Source: a virus
Taxonomy: Duplodnaviria > Caudoviricetes
DNA: 64,000 nucleotides
Strand: one strand, 5' to 3'
Virus record (IMG/VR): IMGVR_UViG_3300044840_000109
Span: 1-64,000 of that record
The notes beneath the pieces were generated by a model. It searched no databases and had not been told where the DNA came from. It saw nothing but the letters and a program-made list of their open reading frames with translations. How positions within the stretch are numbered: position 1 is the stretch's first letter; each line of letters begins with the position of its first letter. A program made the position numbers and the translations under genes. Positions 1-8,448 of this stretch are shown here, piece by piece.

Positions 1-30
1 ACGCTCAACAAATCAAGAGAGGAGAATTCT

Positions 31-522
31 GTGCCGCTGCCACATATCGAGATCCGACGCCTGGCGGCCGTCTGCGACGGGGGGCTGACGGACGAGGACG
101 CAGCCGCAATTTTGGCAGGCGAAAAACACGCGTACGTCATCGCCATCGTGTCGCCCGAGGGCATCGACATGGACGTCTCGGACGCGGACGCCTGCTACAT
201 CGCACCGCCCGGCCAGGAAGGCACCTACGAGGATCCGCGCACCATTCCGGACGCCGCGCTGCGTGAGTACGCCGCCGACGTGTGGGCGTGCGAGACCGAC
301 CTCCTCGCGTACTTCGCCACGGTGAAGACCGGGGCCGGCCTGGTCCACGAGGGGCGCACCGTCCTCATCGGCCGACTGGAGTACGAGCCGGCCGGGGATG
401 AGCTTGGAACAGCCACGGGGTACGTCCATGCGGCCCCGAAAATCGGCCCCGGCGATGACGACTACGCCGCGACCGAGCGCTACCACCTGTCCGACCTGAT
501 TCCGATCGAGGAGAAGAACTGA
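31..522 (+). CDS. hypothetical phage protein
   Basis: GTG start after GAGAGGAG RBS; high GC3; stop overlaps next ATG. Confidence 0.8.
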   Translation: MPLPHIEIRRLAAVCDGGLTDEDAAAILAGEKHAYVIAIVSPEGIDMDVSDADACYIAPPGQEGTYEDPRTIPDAALREYAADVWACETDLLAYFATVKTGAGLVHEGRTVLIGRLEYEPAGDELGTATGYVHAAPKIGPGDDDYAATERYHLSDLIPIEEKN

Positions 523-755
523 TGCCCACCATGGGAGAGATGACCGAGCAGGAGCTGATCGATGGCGCGCACAGTGAGCTGCGCGCCCTCCGTGCGCACC
601 TGGGGCTGCCCGAGACGGTCTCGGAGGCGGCGTACAACGCACTCCCGTACGAGGAGAGGGTGACGCGCGCCTACGTGGCGAGCATCGACCTCAAGCTGAC
701 CATGCTCGACATCAACCGCGAGAGGCGCGAGCGCGACGCGGTTGATGTCGAGTAA
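522..755 (+). CDS. hypothetical protein
   Basis: TGATG coupling with upstream gene; helical 77 aa. Confidence 0.75.
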   Translation: MPTMGEMTEQELIDGAHSELRALRAHLGLPETVSEAAYNALPYEERVTRAYVASIDLKLTMLDINRERRERDAVDVE

Positions 756-815
756 CCCTTGTCGTAGCACCATGGGAACATTCATCACAACGTCCAACCC
801 GGAGGAGATCCACCC

Positions 816-1058
816 ATGACCGGCGCTGAGAGCACGGTGGTCGACACGATCACCAACCTGGAACGGCTGAACAACAGCGTCAACGGGAACCCACGATGGC
901 GCGTCCTCCTGGCCAACGCGGGTCCGAAGACCACCGCACCGGATGCACAGGTCGGCCACGTCATCGAGAACAGCGAGTACCGCGAGGGTCAGGTCAGCGT
1001 GACCCTCAACCCCGAGGGCCAGATCATCCGCGTCAAGACCCTGGAGAAGAACGCATGA
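816..1058 (+). CDS. hypothetical protein (small beta/OB-like)
   Basis: GGAGGAG RBS; ATGA overlap with next gene. Confidence 0.8.
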   Translation: MTGAESTVVDTITNLERLNNSVNGNPRWRVLLANAGPKTTAPDAQVGHVIENSEYREGQVSVTLNPEGQIIRVKTLEKNA

Positions 1059-1390
1059 GCGACGACCGTAAGCCGATCGGCGAGTCCGACTGGGGCGCTA
1101 ACAACGGCATCAGCATGGCCACGCACGAAGTTCAGCTGTGACTGGAGAACGAGCAGTCGCTGTTCGAGCGGGCGAAGCAGATCATCGCCCAGGACAAGCG
1201 CGACGGGTCCGTGCTCTTCCCGGACTGGGTGGCGTTCATGCTGTTCGGTACCCCGTACGGCGGCTTCAACCTCAACACGGAGCCCGCGCACGACTACGCG
1301 ACCGTGAGGACCCTCAAGGAGGGGATGGACCGCGACGACTTCCGGCGGATCGACTGGGACTTCGTCCGCGCGTCGATCACGGCAGAGTAG
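1055..1390 (+). pseudogene. phage early protein interrupted by in-frame TGA (1139-1141), or a read-through gene
   Basis: MSDDRK...THEVQL*LENEQSLF...IDWDFVRASITAE; one frame of 112 codons with a single internal TGA where a Trp fits the recurring phage motif (V.LW..N(D/E)...DW). Confidence 0.65.
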
Positions 1391-1397
1391 CCAAGGT

Positions 1398-1443
1398 GGC
1401 CCCGGGTGGTGATGGTGGCCGGTTCGACTCCGGCCGGGGGCGC
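1398..1443 (+). ncRNA. tRNA-like minihelix (T-arm plus acceptor-like stem, no D or anticodon arm)
   Basis: GCCGG-TTCGACT-CCGGC at 1418-1434; GGCCCCG (1398-1404) pairs 6/7 with CGGGGGC (1435-1441); only 13 nt between acceptor 5' strand and T-arm. Confidence 0.4.
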
Positions 1444-1470
1444 TGTAGTACATGGATGAAGGAGATCAAC

Positions 1471-1755
1471 ATGGCGAAATTCAAGGTCGGCGACAAGGTC
1501 GTCAACAAGTCGCACACGGATTCCGGGATTGGTGAAGTGGTCTCCGTCGAGGAGGACGAGTACAGCTTCGATGACCACATCTACGGCGTCGCATGGACTG
1601 AGAAGGGCGGGGAGAACACGCCAGCCATCCCCTTCCGCAATCATCACTACCTGGAGAAGGTCGAGGAGTGCACCCACTACCGCAACATGACCGGGCCGTG
1701 CCCGGCCTGCGGCGTGGAGTTGCCCGTGGTCGCGGACAGCGCACCGCAGCAGTAG
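1471..1755 (+). CDS. SH3/KOW-like domain protein with C-terminal Zn-ribbon
   Basis: MAKFKVGDKV...GEVVSV; CTH...CPACG; GGAGA RBS. Confidence 0.75.
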   Translation: MAKFKVGDKVVNKSHTDSGIGEVVSVEEDEYSFDDHIYGVAWTEKGGENTPAIPFRNHHYLEKVEECTHYRNMTGPCPACGVELPVVADSAPQQ

Positions 1756-1805
1756 TCACCCGCAAGGACGCAAACAAAACTTCGGCGCGTTAAATGGGAG
1801 CAGCT

Positions 1806-2078
1806 ATGAAAATCGGTCAGCCGGAATGGCCCAAGCTCGACGCCCCGATCGTCGTGGAGAAGGACGGCTATTGGGCCACGTGGCACGGCGGCGAGTACAT
1901 CGACGTCTTCACCAGCGAGGAGGGCGCCCGGCTCGACGCCGAGGGCCTGAACACCGGCGACGCGAACGCTGTGGGCCTGCGCAACACGACCGGTGACGAA
2001 GTCGACGCCGAGGACGCGGACGCGCTGGAGCAGTACGTCCGTGACGAGCTGCGCGCGTGGGTCCGCGAGGAGGGCTGA
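1806..2078 (+). CDS. hypothetical protein
   Basis: GGGAG RBS; high GC3; coupled to next gene. Confidence 0.75.
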   Translation: MKIGQPEWPKLDAPIVVEKDGYWATWHGGEYIDVFTSEEGARLDAEGLNTGDANAVGLRNTTGDEVDAEDADALEQYVRDELRAWVREEG

Positions 2079-2338
2079 TGGCTGAGAAACTGAAGCCCGA
2101 GGCGTTCGCCGAGTTCGGCGAGGGCGAGGACCGCGAGGGCGTCCAGGTGGTGGACCAGGCGATGATCCTGGACTACGTCCTGGCCGAGAACGAGCTGCCG
2201 GTCGAGAGTGCGAAGCCGTTCGCCTCATGGCTCTTCGCATACTGGAACGACTTCGGCAGCGACGACGACGAGCCTGTCACCAACAAGGACGTCATCGACG
2301 GCGCGCTCAACCAGTGGTGTGGCGGACGGGAGAAATAG
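2078..2338 (+). CDS. hypothetical acidic protein
   Basis: TGATG overlap, GAGGAGG RBS. Confidence 0.75.
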   Translation: MAEKLKPEAFAEFGEGEDREGVQVVDQAMILDYVLAENELPVESAKPFASWLFAYWNDFGSDDDEPVTNKDVIDGALNQWCGGREK

Positions 2339-2692
2339 GTGGACGCCAAGATCTTCACTTTCACCGCGCTGACGTACGGCGATGTGGACTACGTGGAGAA
2401 GGAGTTCACGATCCGCGCCCCGCTGTACCACGGCGGGGGAAAGAACCTGCGAGGGGACACCATCGTCCCGGGGCGTCGGACGAATGCATGGGGTGACGAG
2501 GGCGACCGTTCCAGGCACGTGTACTTCACCGCGCGCCTGGACGTCGCGGTCGCGTACGCCAAAGCGACCGGCGGCCACGTCTACGAGGTCGAGCCCACCG
2601 GCAAGATCATGTACGACAGTGGTGAGGACTACAAGACCCCGGACCCGCTCACGATCATCCGCAAGCTCGACCCGGCTGAGTGGGCGCAGTAA
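2339..2692 (+). CDS. Arr-like NAD-dependent ADP-ribosyltransferase
   Basis: LYHG..L.GD.I.PG..N, HVYFTA.LD.AV, VYEVEPTG, YKT.DPL.II match Arr-family motifs (FYHGT, HIYF, YIVEPTG, YRT.EPL). Confidence 0.75.
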   Translation: MDAKIFTFTALTYGDVDYVEKEFTIRAPLYHGGGKNLRGDTIVPGRRTNAWGDEGDRSRHVYFTARLDVAVAYAKATGGHVYEVEPTGKIMYDSGEDYKTPDPLTIIRKLDPAEWAQ

Positions 2693-2707
2693 CCGAGAAA
2701 TACACAC

Positions 2708-2738
2708 GCGGCTCATCCATTCGGGTGGGCCGCTTTTT
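2708..2738 (+). terminator. hairpin with U-tract (also a copy of a repeated early-region motif)
   Basis: GCGGCTCATCC-ATTC-GGGTGGGCCGC-TTTTT. Confidence 0.7.
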
Positions 2739-2759
2739 CGTTCCCGAAGGGAAAAGAAC

Positions 2760-3236
2760 ATGCAGGAGAACAAGCCGCTCGGATACCGCACGGTCGAGGT
2801 CACGTGGTGGGACACCTCAACAAAGCCCGCGATCGACGTCCCGGAGATTCCGGTGACCACGCGGTGCATCCTGTCGCCCCAGATGTACCCGGGCGCGGAG
2901 CAGCCGAACGACTCGTTGGAGGTGCGCGACCAGCTCAAGTGCATGATCGCCATCCGCGACCTCGGCTCCCTGCGGCAGAAGGACGCCGTGATCATCATCT
3001 CCGTCGAGCCGGTGTGCAACTGCGGGCCCGGCGGGTGCAAGTACGACAACGGCGAGCGGTTCTTCATCGAGACCAACAAGATCGCCATGCTCGCCGGCCA
3101 TTGGAACGTCCTGATCGACGCCGGACGGGCGCAGGAGCGTGGGGAGGACTGGTCGGCCCGGCGCATCGCCGAGGGTCGGCCCGACGTTCTGGAGCTGGCG
3201 CTCACGGCGCTGAGGAGGGAGCACAACCACCGGTGA
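2760..3236 (+). CDS. hypothetical protein
   Basis: GAAGGG RBS; high GC3. Confidence 0.75.
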   Translation: MQENKPLGYRTVEVTWWDTSTKPAIDVPEIPVTTRCILSPQMYPGAEQPNDSLEVRDQLKCMIAIRDLGSLRQKDAVIIISVEPVCNCGPGGCKYDNGERFFIETNKIAMLAGHWNVLIDAGRAQERGEDWSARRIAEGRPDVLELALTALRREHNHR

Positions 3237-3376
3237 CCGAGGAGCAATGGCTCGCGGAACAGTTCGAGTTCGAGCCCGCCTGTCCGAGCTGCGGTAAGGG
3301 CGCGGACGCACACACCATCACCTGGGGCCCGGAAGGGCCCCTTCCCATGTGCGCTCCGCGTGAGTCGGAGCGATGA
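3233..3376 (+). CDS. small CxxC protein
   Basis: GTGA overlap; MTEEQW...CPSCG. Confidence 0.6.
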   Translation: MTEEQWLAEQFEFEPACPSCGKGADAHTITWGPEGPLPMCAPRESER

Positions 3377-3386
3377 AAGGAATCGG

Positions 3387-3713
3387 ATGTACAACCGCGA
3401 CGACTGGGAGAGGTTCTACGAAGAACTCGCAGTCGACTACTGGGACGATACGGAACCGATTTCCGCGCCGAAGGCCGTTCTGTTCGATGCCTACGAGAAG
3501 TGGGACACCGACGAGATGCGCGTGCTTGCCGCAATCGACGCGGGCAACGAGCAGTGGCGCGGCGAAGCATGGTCGGCCGACGACATGAAGCGCATCATCG
3601 AGGGGTTCGTGGAGGACACGTACGAGCCCATCGAGCATCGCGACGGCTTCTGGGTGATCAAGAACCCCGTCTCCCACGTCCGCCACATCTTCCGCCAGCT
3701 CCCGGCGGAGTAG
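3387..3713 (+). CDS. hypothetical acidic protein
   Basis: AAAGGA RBS; high GC3. Confidence 0.75.
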   Translation: MYNRDDWERFYEELAVDYWDDTEPISAPKAVLFDAYEKWDTDEMRVLAAIDAGNEQWRGEAWSADDMKRIIEGFVEDTYEPIEHRDGFWVIKNPVSHVRHIFRQLPAE

Positions 3714-3769
3714 CAGCACGCGGACGGCACCACAACTCGCAAGCGGTTCACCGACAGAGAGGCACGCGC

Positions 3770-4057
3770 ATGTCCCGCAAGTACACGAAGAGCGCCCGCA
3801 AGGCGGATGCCGCCCGACTCAGCGCCGCTGCCAAGTTCGTAGCGGAGTGGACGACCACCGGCCTGGCCTCCACGCTCATTGACGACTACAGCTGCACGCT
3901 CAACTGCGGTGAGGCGGACTCCATGGCCGCGCTCTTCCGGGCCTTCGGGTGCCCGAGTACCGCTGACGGGATCCTCAAGGATCACGCCGAGCACGATGAG
4001 TGCGACGACTCGCACCACAAGGGCTGCGATTACTGCAAGGACGAGCTGCCCGCCTGA
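3770..4057 (+). CDS. hypothetical protein with His/Cys-rich C-terminus
   Basis: AGAGAGG RBS; HAEHDECDDSHHKGCDYC tail. Confidence 0.7.
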   Translation: MSRKYTKSARKADAARLSAAAKFVAEWTTTGLASTLIDDYSCTLNCGEADSMAALFRAFGCPSTADGILKDHAEHDECDDSHHKGCDYCKDELPA

Positions 4058-4094
4058 TCCGCCTTTCACGCCCCCCCGCCTAGAAGGAGACACC

Positions 4095-4313
4095 GTGGTC
4101 CACGATGACTGCGACGGAACCGAATTCACCGTCGAAACCCGCCTCACCGCCACCGTGACCGTGCACGAGGACGGAACGGTGACCACCTCGGACCCGTCGG
4201 TCGCCGACTACAGCGAGAGCCACCTCATCTGCACCGACTGCGGGAAGGAGTTCGACACCAGCAATCTGGACGAGAACCGCGCTGCCCTCGAAGCCGCGCT
4301 CGCCGCTCTCTGA
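4095..4313 (+). CDS. small Zn-ribbon protein
   Basis: GAAGGAG RBS; HDDC...CTDCG. Confidence 0.7.
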   Translation: MVHDDCDGTEFTVETRLTATVTVHEDGTVTTSDPSVADYSESHLICTDCGKEFDTSNLDENRAALEAALAAL

Positions 4314-4343
4314 CAACCGGCCGAACAAACAACCCGTCCCGTA

Positions 4344-4376
4344 AGCGGCTCACCGGAATTGGTGGGCCGCTATTTC
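4344..4376 (+). terminator. hairpin, second copy of GCGGCTCA.C...GGTGGGCCGC motif
   Basis: AGCGGCTCACC-GGAATT-GGTGGGCCGCT-ATTT. Confidence 0.55.
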
Positions 4377-4397
4377 CATGCCAAAAAGGAGAAACCG

Positions 4398-4958
4398 ATG
4401 GACCAGCAGAGCACCCCGACCTACATCTCTTCCACGCTGTTCTACCTGACCGAGGGAACGAATCCCGACAGGCACCCCTACCACGACGTCACCCGCCAGA
4501 GCTTCGACGGGACGACCACGGACACGCTCGTGATCGCCACCATCGAGTACGACCCGCACCGCGAGCAGTACAGCGCGATGACCGGCGCCGGCCGCACCCG
4601 CTACGTCTCGGACCCCCGCATCGCCTTCGATGACGCCGTGAACCGCTGGATCGTCGGCAACAGCAACCCCGCGGTCGAGGCCACGTACAAGGCCGCAGCA
4701 ACGGCGTGGAAGTCGCTCGCGGCCGAGGAGGAGAGGGAGAAGGCGCGCAACGAGGAGCGGAAGGCGGACGGCGGCGATACCTTCCCCGGCACCAGGCGCG
4801 GGCTGATCCGCGCGCAGTTCAGCTGGTTCACGGCGCAGTGGATCCTCGCCAAGGTGCTGGAGTCCATCGGGGAGGACGTCGAAGGCTACAAGGGCCCCTC
4901 CGGTGACCGGGCCACGCGGTTCCTCATGAAGTGGATGGAGAACAACCCGAACGGCTGA
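4398..4958 (+). CDS. hypothetical protein
   Basis: AAGGAG RBS; high GC3. Confidence 0.8.
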   Translation: MDQQSTPTYISSTLFYLTEGTNPDRHPYHDVTRQSFDGTTTDTLVIATIEYDPHREQYSAMTGAGRTRYVSDPRIAFDDAVNRWIVGNSNPAVEATYKAAATAWKSLAAEEEREKARNEERKADGGDTFPGTRRGLIRAQFSWFTAQWILAKVLESIGEDVEGYKGPSGDRATRFLMKWMENNPNG

Positions 4959-5006
4959 CACACCCGCCGCGCCGGCTCGGGCAGGGTGGCACCAGCACGT
5001 CCACTG

Positions 5007-5040
5007 AGGGGCGCCCCCATTCCGCGGGGCGCCCCTCTTT
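5007..5040 (+). terminator. GC hairpin with short U-tract
   Basis: AGGGGCGCCCC...GGGGCGCCCCT-CTTT. Confidence 0.6.
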
Positions 5041-5054
5041 CAACGGAGGACAGC

Positions 5055-5267
5055 ATGCAGAAGCCCGAAATCGCACAGATCGCAGTCGACGCCTACGCCG
5101 AGCGCGTGGGTGGCGAGTCCGGTGAGCCCCTGGAGACGCAGGTCGCCGACCTGATGGCCGACCTCATGCACCTGCTCGCCGACAACGGCCATGACCCCGA
5201 GTCGGTCGTTTCGACGGCCACCATGCATTTCCACGGTGAAGTCACGAAGGACGCGTTCGCCGCATGA
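5055..5267 (+). CDS. hypothetical small helical protein
   Basis: GGAGGA RBS; ADLMADLMHL motif recurrent in phage small proteins. Confidence 0.75.
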   Translation: MQKPEIAQIAVDAYAERVGGESGEPLETQVADLMADLMHLLADNGHDPESVVSTATMHFHGEVTKDAFAA

Positions 5268-5542
5268 GCGCTACGCGGATCGACGTCGTCCAGATCATCG
5301 ACAACGACGGCAACCCCTCGGTCGTGCTCTTCGTGAACGACGTGGAGGTCACGTTCAACGAACACACCATCGACCCGGGCCGCTCCGGTGGAGGCTGCGC
5401 GTGGTTCGACACCGTCACCGAGGGGCTGCCGCAGATGCCCCCGGTCGTCCGCGCCCGCGTCCTGGCCGAGGCCGAGGCGGCGCACATGGACACCTGCACC
5501 AACACCTGCCGCCTGCTGGGCGAGCCCGAGAAGGAGAACTGA
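5264..5542 (+). CDS. hypothetical protein
   Basis: ATGA overlap; high GC3. Confidence 0.75.
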   Translation: MSATRIDVVQIIDNDGNPSVVLFVNDVEVTFNEHTIDPGRSGGGCAWFDTVTEGLPQMPPVVRARVLAEAEAAHMDTCTNTCRLLGEPEKEN

Positions 5543-5543
5543 C

Positions 5544-5819
5544 ATGGATCAATGCACCGAGCTGATCCCGAGTCCCGACCCCGACCACGGACCCAAGGGC
5601 TACACCGAGATCACCGTCACGGCGTACCTGCGCATGCTGCCTGACGGCACGCTGGAACTGGTGGAGTTCAACCCCGAGGACACCCTCAACGTCGAGCACT
5701 ACGGCAAAGAGGATGGCTACCTGCACGATGTTTACCTGAACCAGGAGGACAACGACAAGCTGGTCAACCTGGTAGGCGACCTTGAGGCCAAGCTGATCGC
5801 CGCGCAGAAGTCGAGCTGA
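5544..5819 (+). CDS. hypothetical protein (possible read-through to 5894)
   Basis: AAGGAG RBS; frame continues coding-like for 24 codons past TGA. Confidence 0.7.
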   Translation: MDQCTELIPSPDPDHGPKGYTEITVTAYLRMLPDGTLELVEFNPEDTLNVEHYGKEDGYLHDVYLNQEDNDKLVNLVGDLEAKLIAAQKSS

Positions 5820-5890
5820 CCGCCGTGGCGCTCCGCGTCTCGTACGTGGGGCTGCCACGGCTGCCAGACCGGCACCGAGGAGGGGGAGAA

Positions 5891-6001
5891 ATGAGCCCCA
5901 CGAATTGCGCTAAATGTAAGCGCCCCCAAGTTGGCTGGCCGCTCGCGCGCCCCAACCTTTGCAGCCCCAAGAGCTGGGCTAACTGCATCAGAAATCCGTG
6001 A
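5891..6001 (+). CDS. 36-aa Cys-rich protein
   Basis: GAGGAGGGG RBS; MSPTNCAKCKRPQVGWPLARPNLCSPKSWANCIRNP. Confidence 0.5.
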   Translation: MSPTNCAKCKRPQVGWPLARPNLCSPKSWANCIRNP

Positions 6002-6012
6002 GGAGGAGAACG

Positions 6013-6399
6013 ATGAGTTGGTACGAAGTCGAAGGCGGCATATTCGATGACGCGGGAGACCAGGGCGGTGACGTCCAGGTGGGGCGCTCGTTCTCCAAGC
6101 GCTTCCACAATACCAAGATCCCCGGCGTGCACGTCGATGCCGTCGCCTATCCGGTCGCCGGGGACGGCAACAGTGAGCCCGACCTGACCGACGTGGGCGT
6201 GCAGCTGTGCGTCGAGTTCATGATCTGCACCGACCTGAAAGACCCCGGCGGCACCGAGAAGTGGTGCGACTACCGGTACAGCAACAAAGCCGACCCGCTG
6301 CGCTACGGCTCCGTCAAGCTGGCCGAGGCCGCTGCGCGCAAGGTGGTGGAGAACTTCACCCTCTTCGACATCGACTGGGACGGGGAGCCGTTCCGCTAG
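6013..6399 (+). CDS. hypothetical protein
   Basis: GAGGAGGAG RBS; high GC3. Confidence 0.8.
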   Translation: MSWYEVEGGIFDDAGDQGGDVQVGRSFSKRFHNTKIPGVHVDAVAYPVAGDGNSEPDLTDVGVQLCVEFMICTDLKDPGGTEKWCDYRYSNKADPLRYGSVKLAEAAARKVVENFTLFDIDWDGEPFR

Positions 6400-6409
6400 G
6401 AGGTATCGA

Positions 6410-6664
6410 GTGACCGCGCTCATCAAGCTGCTCCCGCAGGGCGCCGCACCGTGGGCCATGCCGTTCACGATGCCCGTCAACATCATGCGCGACCCGGACA
6501 ACCACGAGCTGATCGAGGCTTTGGCCAAGGACATAGGCGCCCGACTGCTGGGCGGCGAAATTCTGGGGCACACCATCGGCCGGGTCGGTGTCACCAGCAC
6601 CGGCAACAGCGAGCACGAGGAGCGCTTACTGTGGTCCGCCGAGTTGGAGGCCACCATCCACTAG
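6410..6664 (+). CDS. hypothetical protein
   Basis: AGGAGG RBS, GTG start. Confidence 0.75.
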   Translation: MTALIKLLPQGAAPWAMPFTMPVNIMRDPDNHELIEALAKDIGARLLGGEILGHTIGRVGVTSTGNSEHEERLLWSAELEATIH

Positions 6665-6774
6665 CACAACCATCCCGCCGCACGCGCCCCGAGCTGCACA
6701 TTGGCCCGGGGCGCGGCGCGTTGTCGTACCCCTGCGCCATGCTGTTCTCAAGAGAAAACCACCAGGAGTAGTCA

Positions 6775-7485
6775 ATGACCGAGTACGTCGACCTGAGCCC
6801 CGCGCCGAGCGAGTTTCCGCTCGCCTTTCCGGGTATCGCCCTGCACCTGGGCCTGTACGAGTGCACCGAAAAGAACTGGGGCACCCTGCTGGAGCGTGCC
6901 ATCGCCTTCGACAAGGCCATCGGCGGCATGTTCACCAACCACGTGGCTCCGGACGAGGCGATGGCGCGCAAACACATCGGCAAGCGCCTGGGCGGCGAGA
7001 TCTGGACGAACGAGCAGTTCGCTAAGCACTTGCGCATCCTCGGCGCCCCGAACGGCCTGCTGCTGCGCTACCAGCACGTCCAGCGCACCGAAGCGCTCGG
7101 CGACGCACCGTGCGACGTCTACGTGGAGCTGCGCGAGGGCGTGCACGAGGACATCGAGACCCGGCGTGTCCAGCTCTACTTGGACGGCCGGCAGAACTAC
7201 GGCTACGACGGCTGCGACGGCGAGGCCAACGAGTACGAGGACGGCTACGGCAATGCGCTGACCGTCCTGAACGGTCGGCCGGGCATCAAGGCCGCCGCGA
7301 GCACGGAGGAAGAGTTCGAAAGCATCTGGGCTCTGGCGGACTCCAACACGTGCCCCTGGGTCGTGGAAGTGGACAAGGAGGACGTCCCGCTCCGGTGCGG
7401 TGACCACCGGGGATCCGCCAGCTGGTGCAAGTCGCACACCGCCATCGCGCGGGCCAACTTCCCCCGGCTGTATGGGGACTGCTGA
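6775..7485 (+). CDS. hypothetical protein
   Basis: AGGAG RBS; 236 aa high GC3. Confidence 0.8.
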   Translation: MTEYVDLSPAPSEFPLAFPGIALHLGLYECTEKNWGTLLERAIAFDKAIGGMFTNHVAPDEAMARKHIGKRLGGEIWTNEQFAKHLRILGAPNGLLLRYQHVQRTEALGDAPCDVYVELREGVHEDIETRRVQLYLDGRQNYGYDGCDGEANEYEDGYGNALTVLNGRPGIKAAASTEEEFESIWALADSNTCPWVVEVDKEDVPLRCGDHRGSASWCKSHTAIARANFPRLYGDC

Positions 7486-8015
7486 TGGCCGAGGCCATGC
7501 TCCCAGCACCCGGTGCCACCTGTAGCAACATCTGGTCTTCCGACTGCAGCGGCACCTACATCCTCTACACCGAGGGCGAACTCGTCGGACTGATCGAATG
7601 CAGCCGCTGCGGCCACACCCCCAACGGGGCGGCTTACGCGGACACAGCCGAAACGGAGAAGCACGTGCACGCACACGAAATCGGCGGCCACACCTTCCAC
7701 ACCAACGGGGACTGGTCCGGCAGCGTCCGCTTCACGGCCGCTGATCCGGAAGGGGTTCGCTGGGACGTTGAGCTGCCCTTTTCCGCCCTGGCCCGTGTCG
7801 CGCTGATCGGCGGCGGCGGGGAGCCTGTCCTCCATGTTCCGGCCGAGACCTGTGACGCTGGCGATGAGGTGACCGTCCTCCTCCCCCTGAGCGAGATCCG
7901 CGAACTGGTTGGCCGGCGCGTCGGCGGGGAGCGCATCGCGCAGCTGGAGCAGATGACCGGCGAAGAGCTGTTCGCACTGGGGCGCAGCGACGTCGAGCAG
8001 TGGGCGGCCGAGTGA
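7485..8015 (+). CDS. hypothetical protein with CxxC (possible read-through to 8114)
   Basis: TGATG coupling; CSRCG; coding-like frame continues 32 codons past TGA. Confidence 0.75.
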   Translation: MAEAMLPAPGATCSNIWSSDCSGTYILYTEGELVGLIECSRCGHTPNGAAYADTAETEKHVHAHEIGGHTFHTNGDWSGSVRFTAADPEGVRWDVELPFSALARVALIGGGGEPVLHVPAETCDAGDEVTVLLPLSEIRELVGRRVGGERIAQLEQMTGEELFALGRSDVEQWAAE

Positions 8016-8125
8016 CTGACGGTCTTCCGGTGGCGCATCTCGCCCGAGGCGTCGCTCCCCGTGGACAATCAGCCGGGAGACCGCCCGTCGGATACGGGCC
8101 ATGTCATCCGCTAGAAAGGCAACAA

Positions 8126-8446
8126 GTGCCCAACTACCCCCGCGGCGAGCGGCCCCCGCGCCTGTACTACACAAGCTTCGACGGCACCAAGAAGTCCCTG
8201 CCGGAGGCCGTGTGGCCGCTGCTGCAGGTCGTAGCGGAGATGAGCCACGGCGCGGAACTCCACGAAGGAAACAGCTCCAGGATCAGCCGGCGCACCGTAC
8301 GAAGCGGCGAGGCCGAGGAGCTGTGGACCGCCGAATGGTTCTGGAAGGAGAACCCTGAGGCCGGCCCGTGGAAGATCACCGGCATCACCGAGCACGGCCG
8401 CAAGGTCCTGGCGGAAATCAACGCACGACTTAAAAAGGAGCAGTAA
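8126..8446 (+). CDS. hypothetical protein (possible winged helix)
   Basis: AGAAAGG RBS, GTG start; ITEHGRKVL tail. Confidence 0.7.
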   Translation: MPNYPRGERPPRLYYTSFDGTKKSLPEAVWPLLQVVAEMSHGAELHEGNSSRISRRTVRSGEAEELWTAEWFWKENPEAGPWKITGITEHGRKVLAEINARLKKEQ

Positions 8447-8448
8447 CC

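Noticed and set aside
1381-1450. complete tRNA gene
   Set aside because: Too short and no anticodon arm; kept only as a minihelix-like element.
2339-2692. rifamycin-resistance gene arr
   Set aside because: The rifamycin-binding loop appears absent, so no resistance call or gene symbol is given.
4959-5054. fourth read-through candidate after TGA 4956-4958
   Set aside because: The open frame crosses a terminator-like hairpin and the next gene has its own strong RBS.
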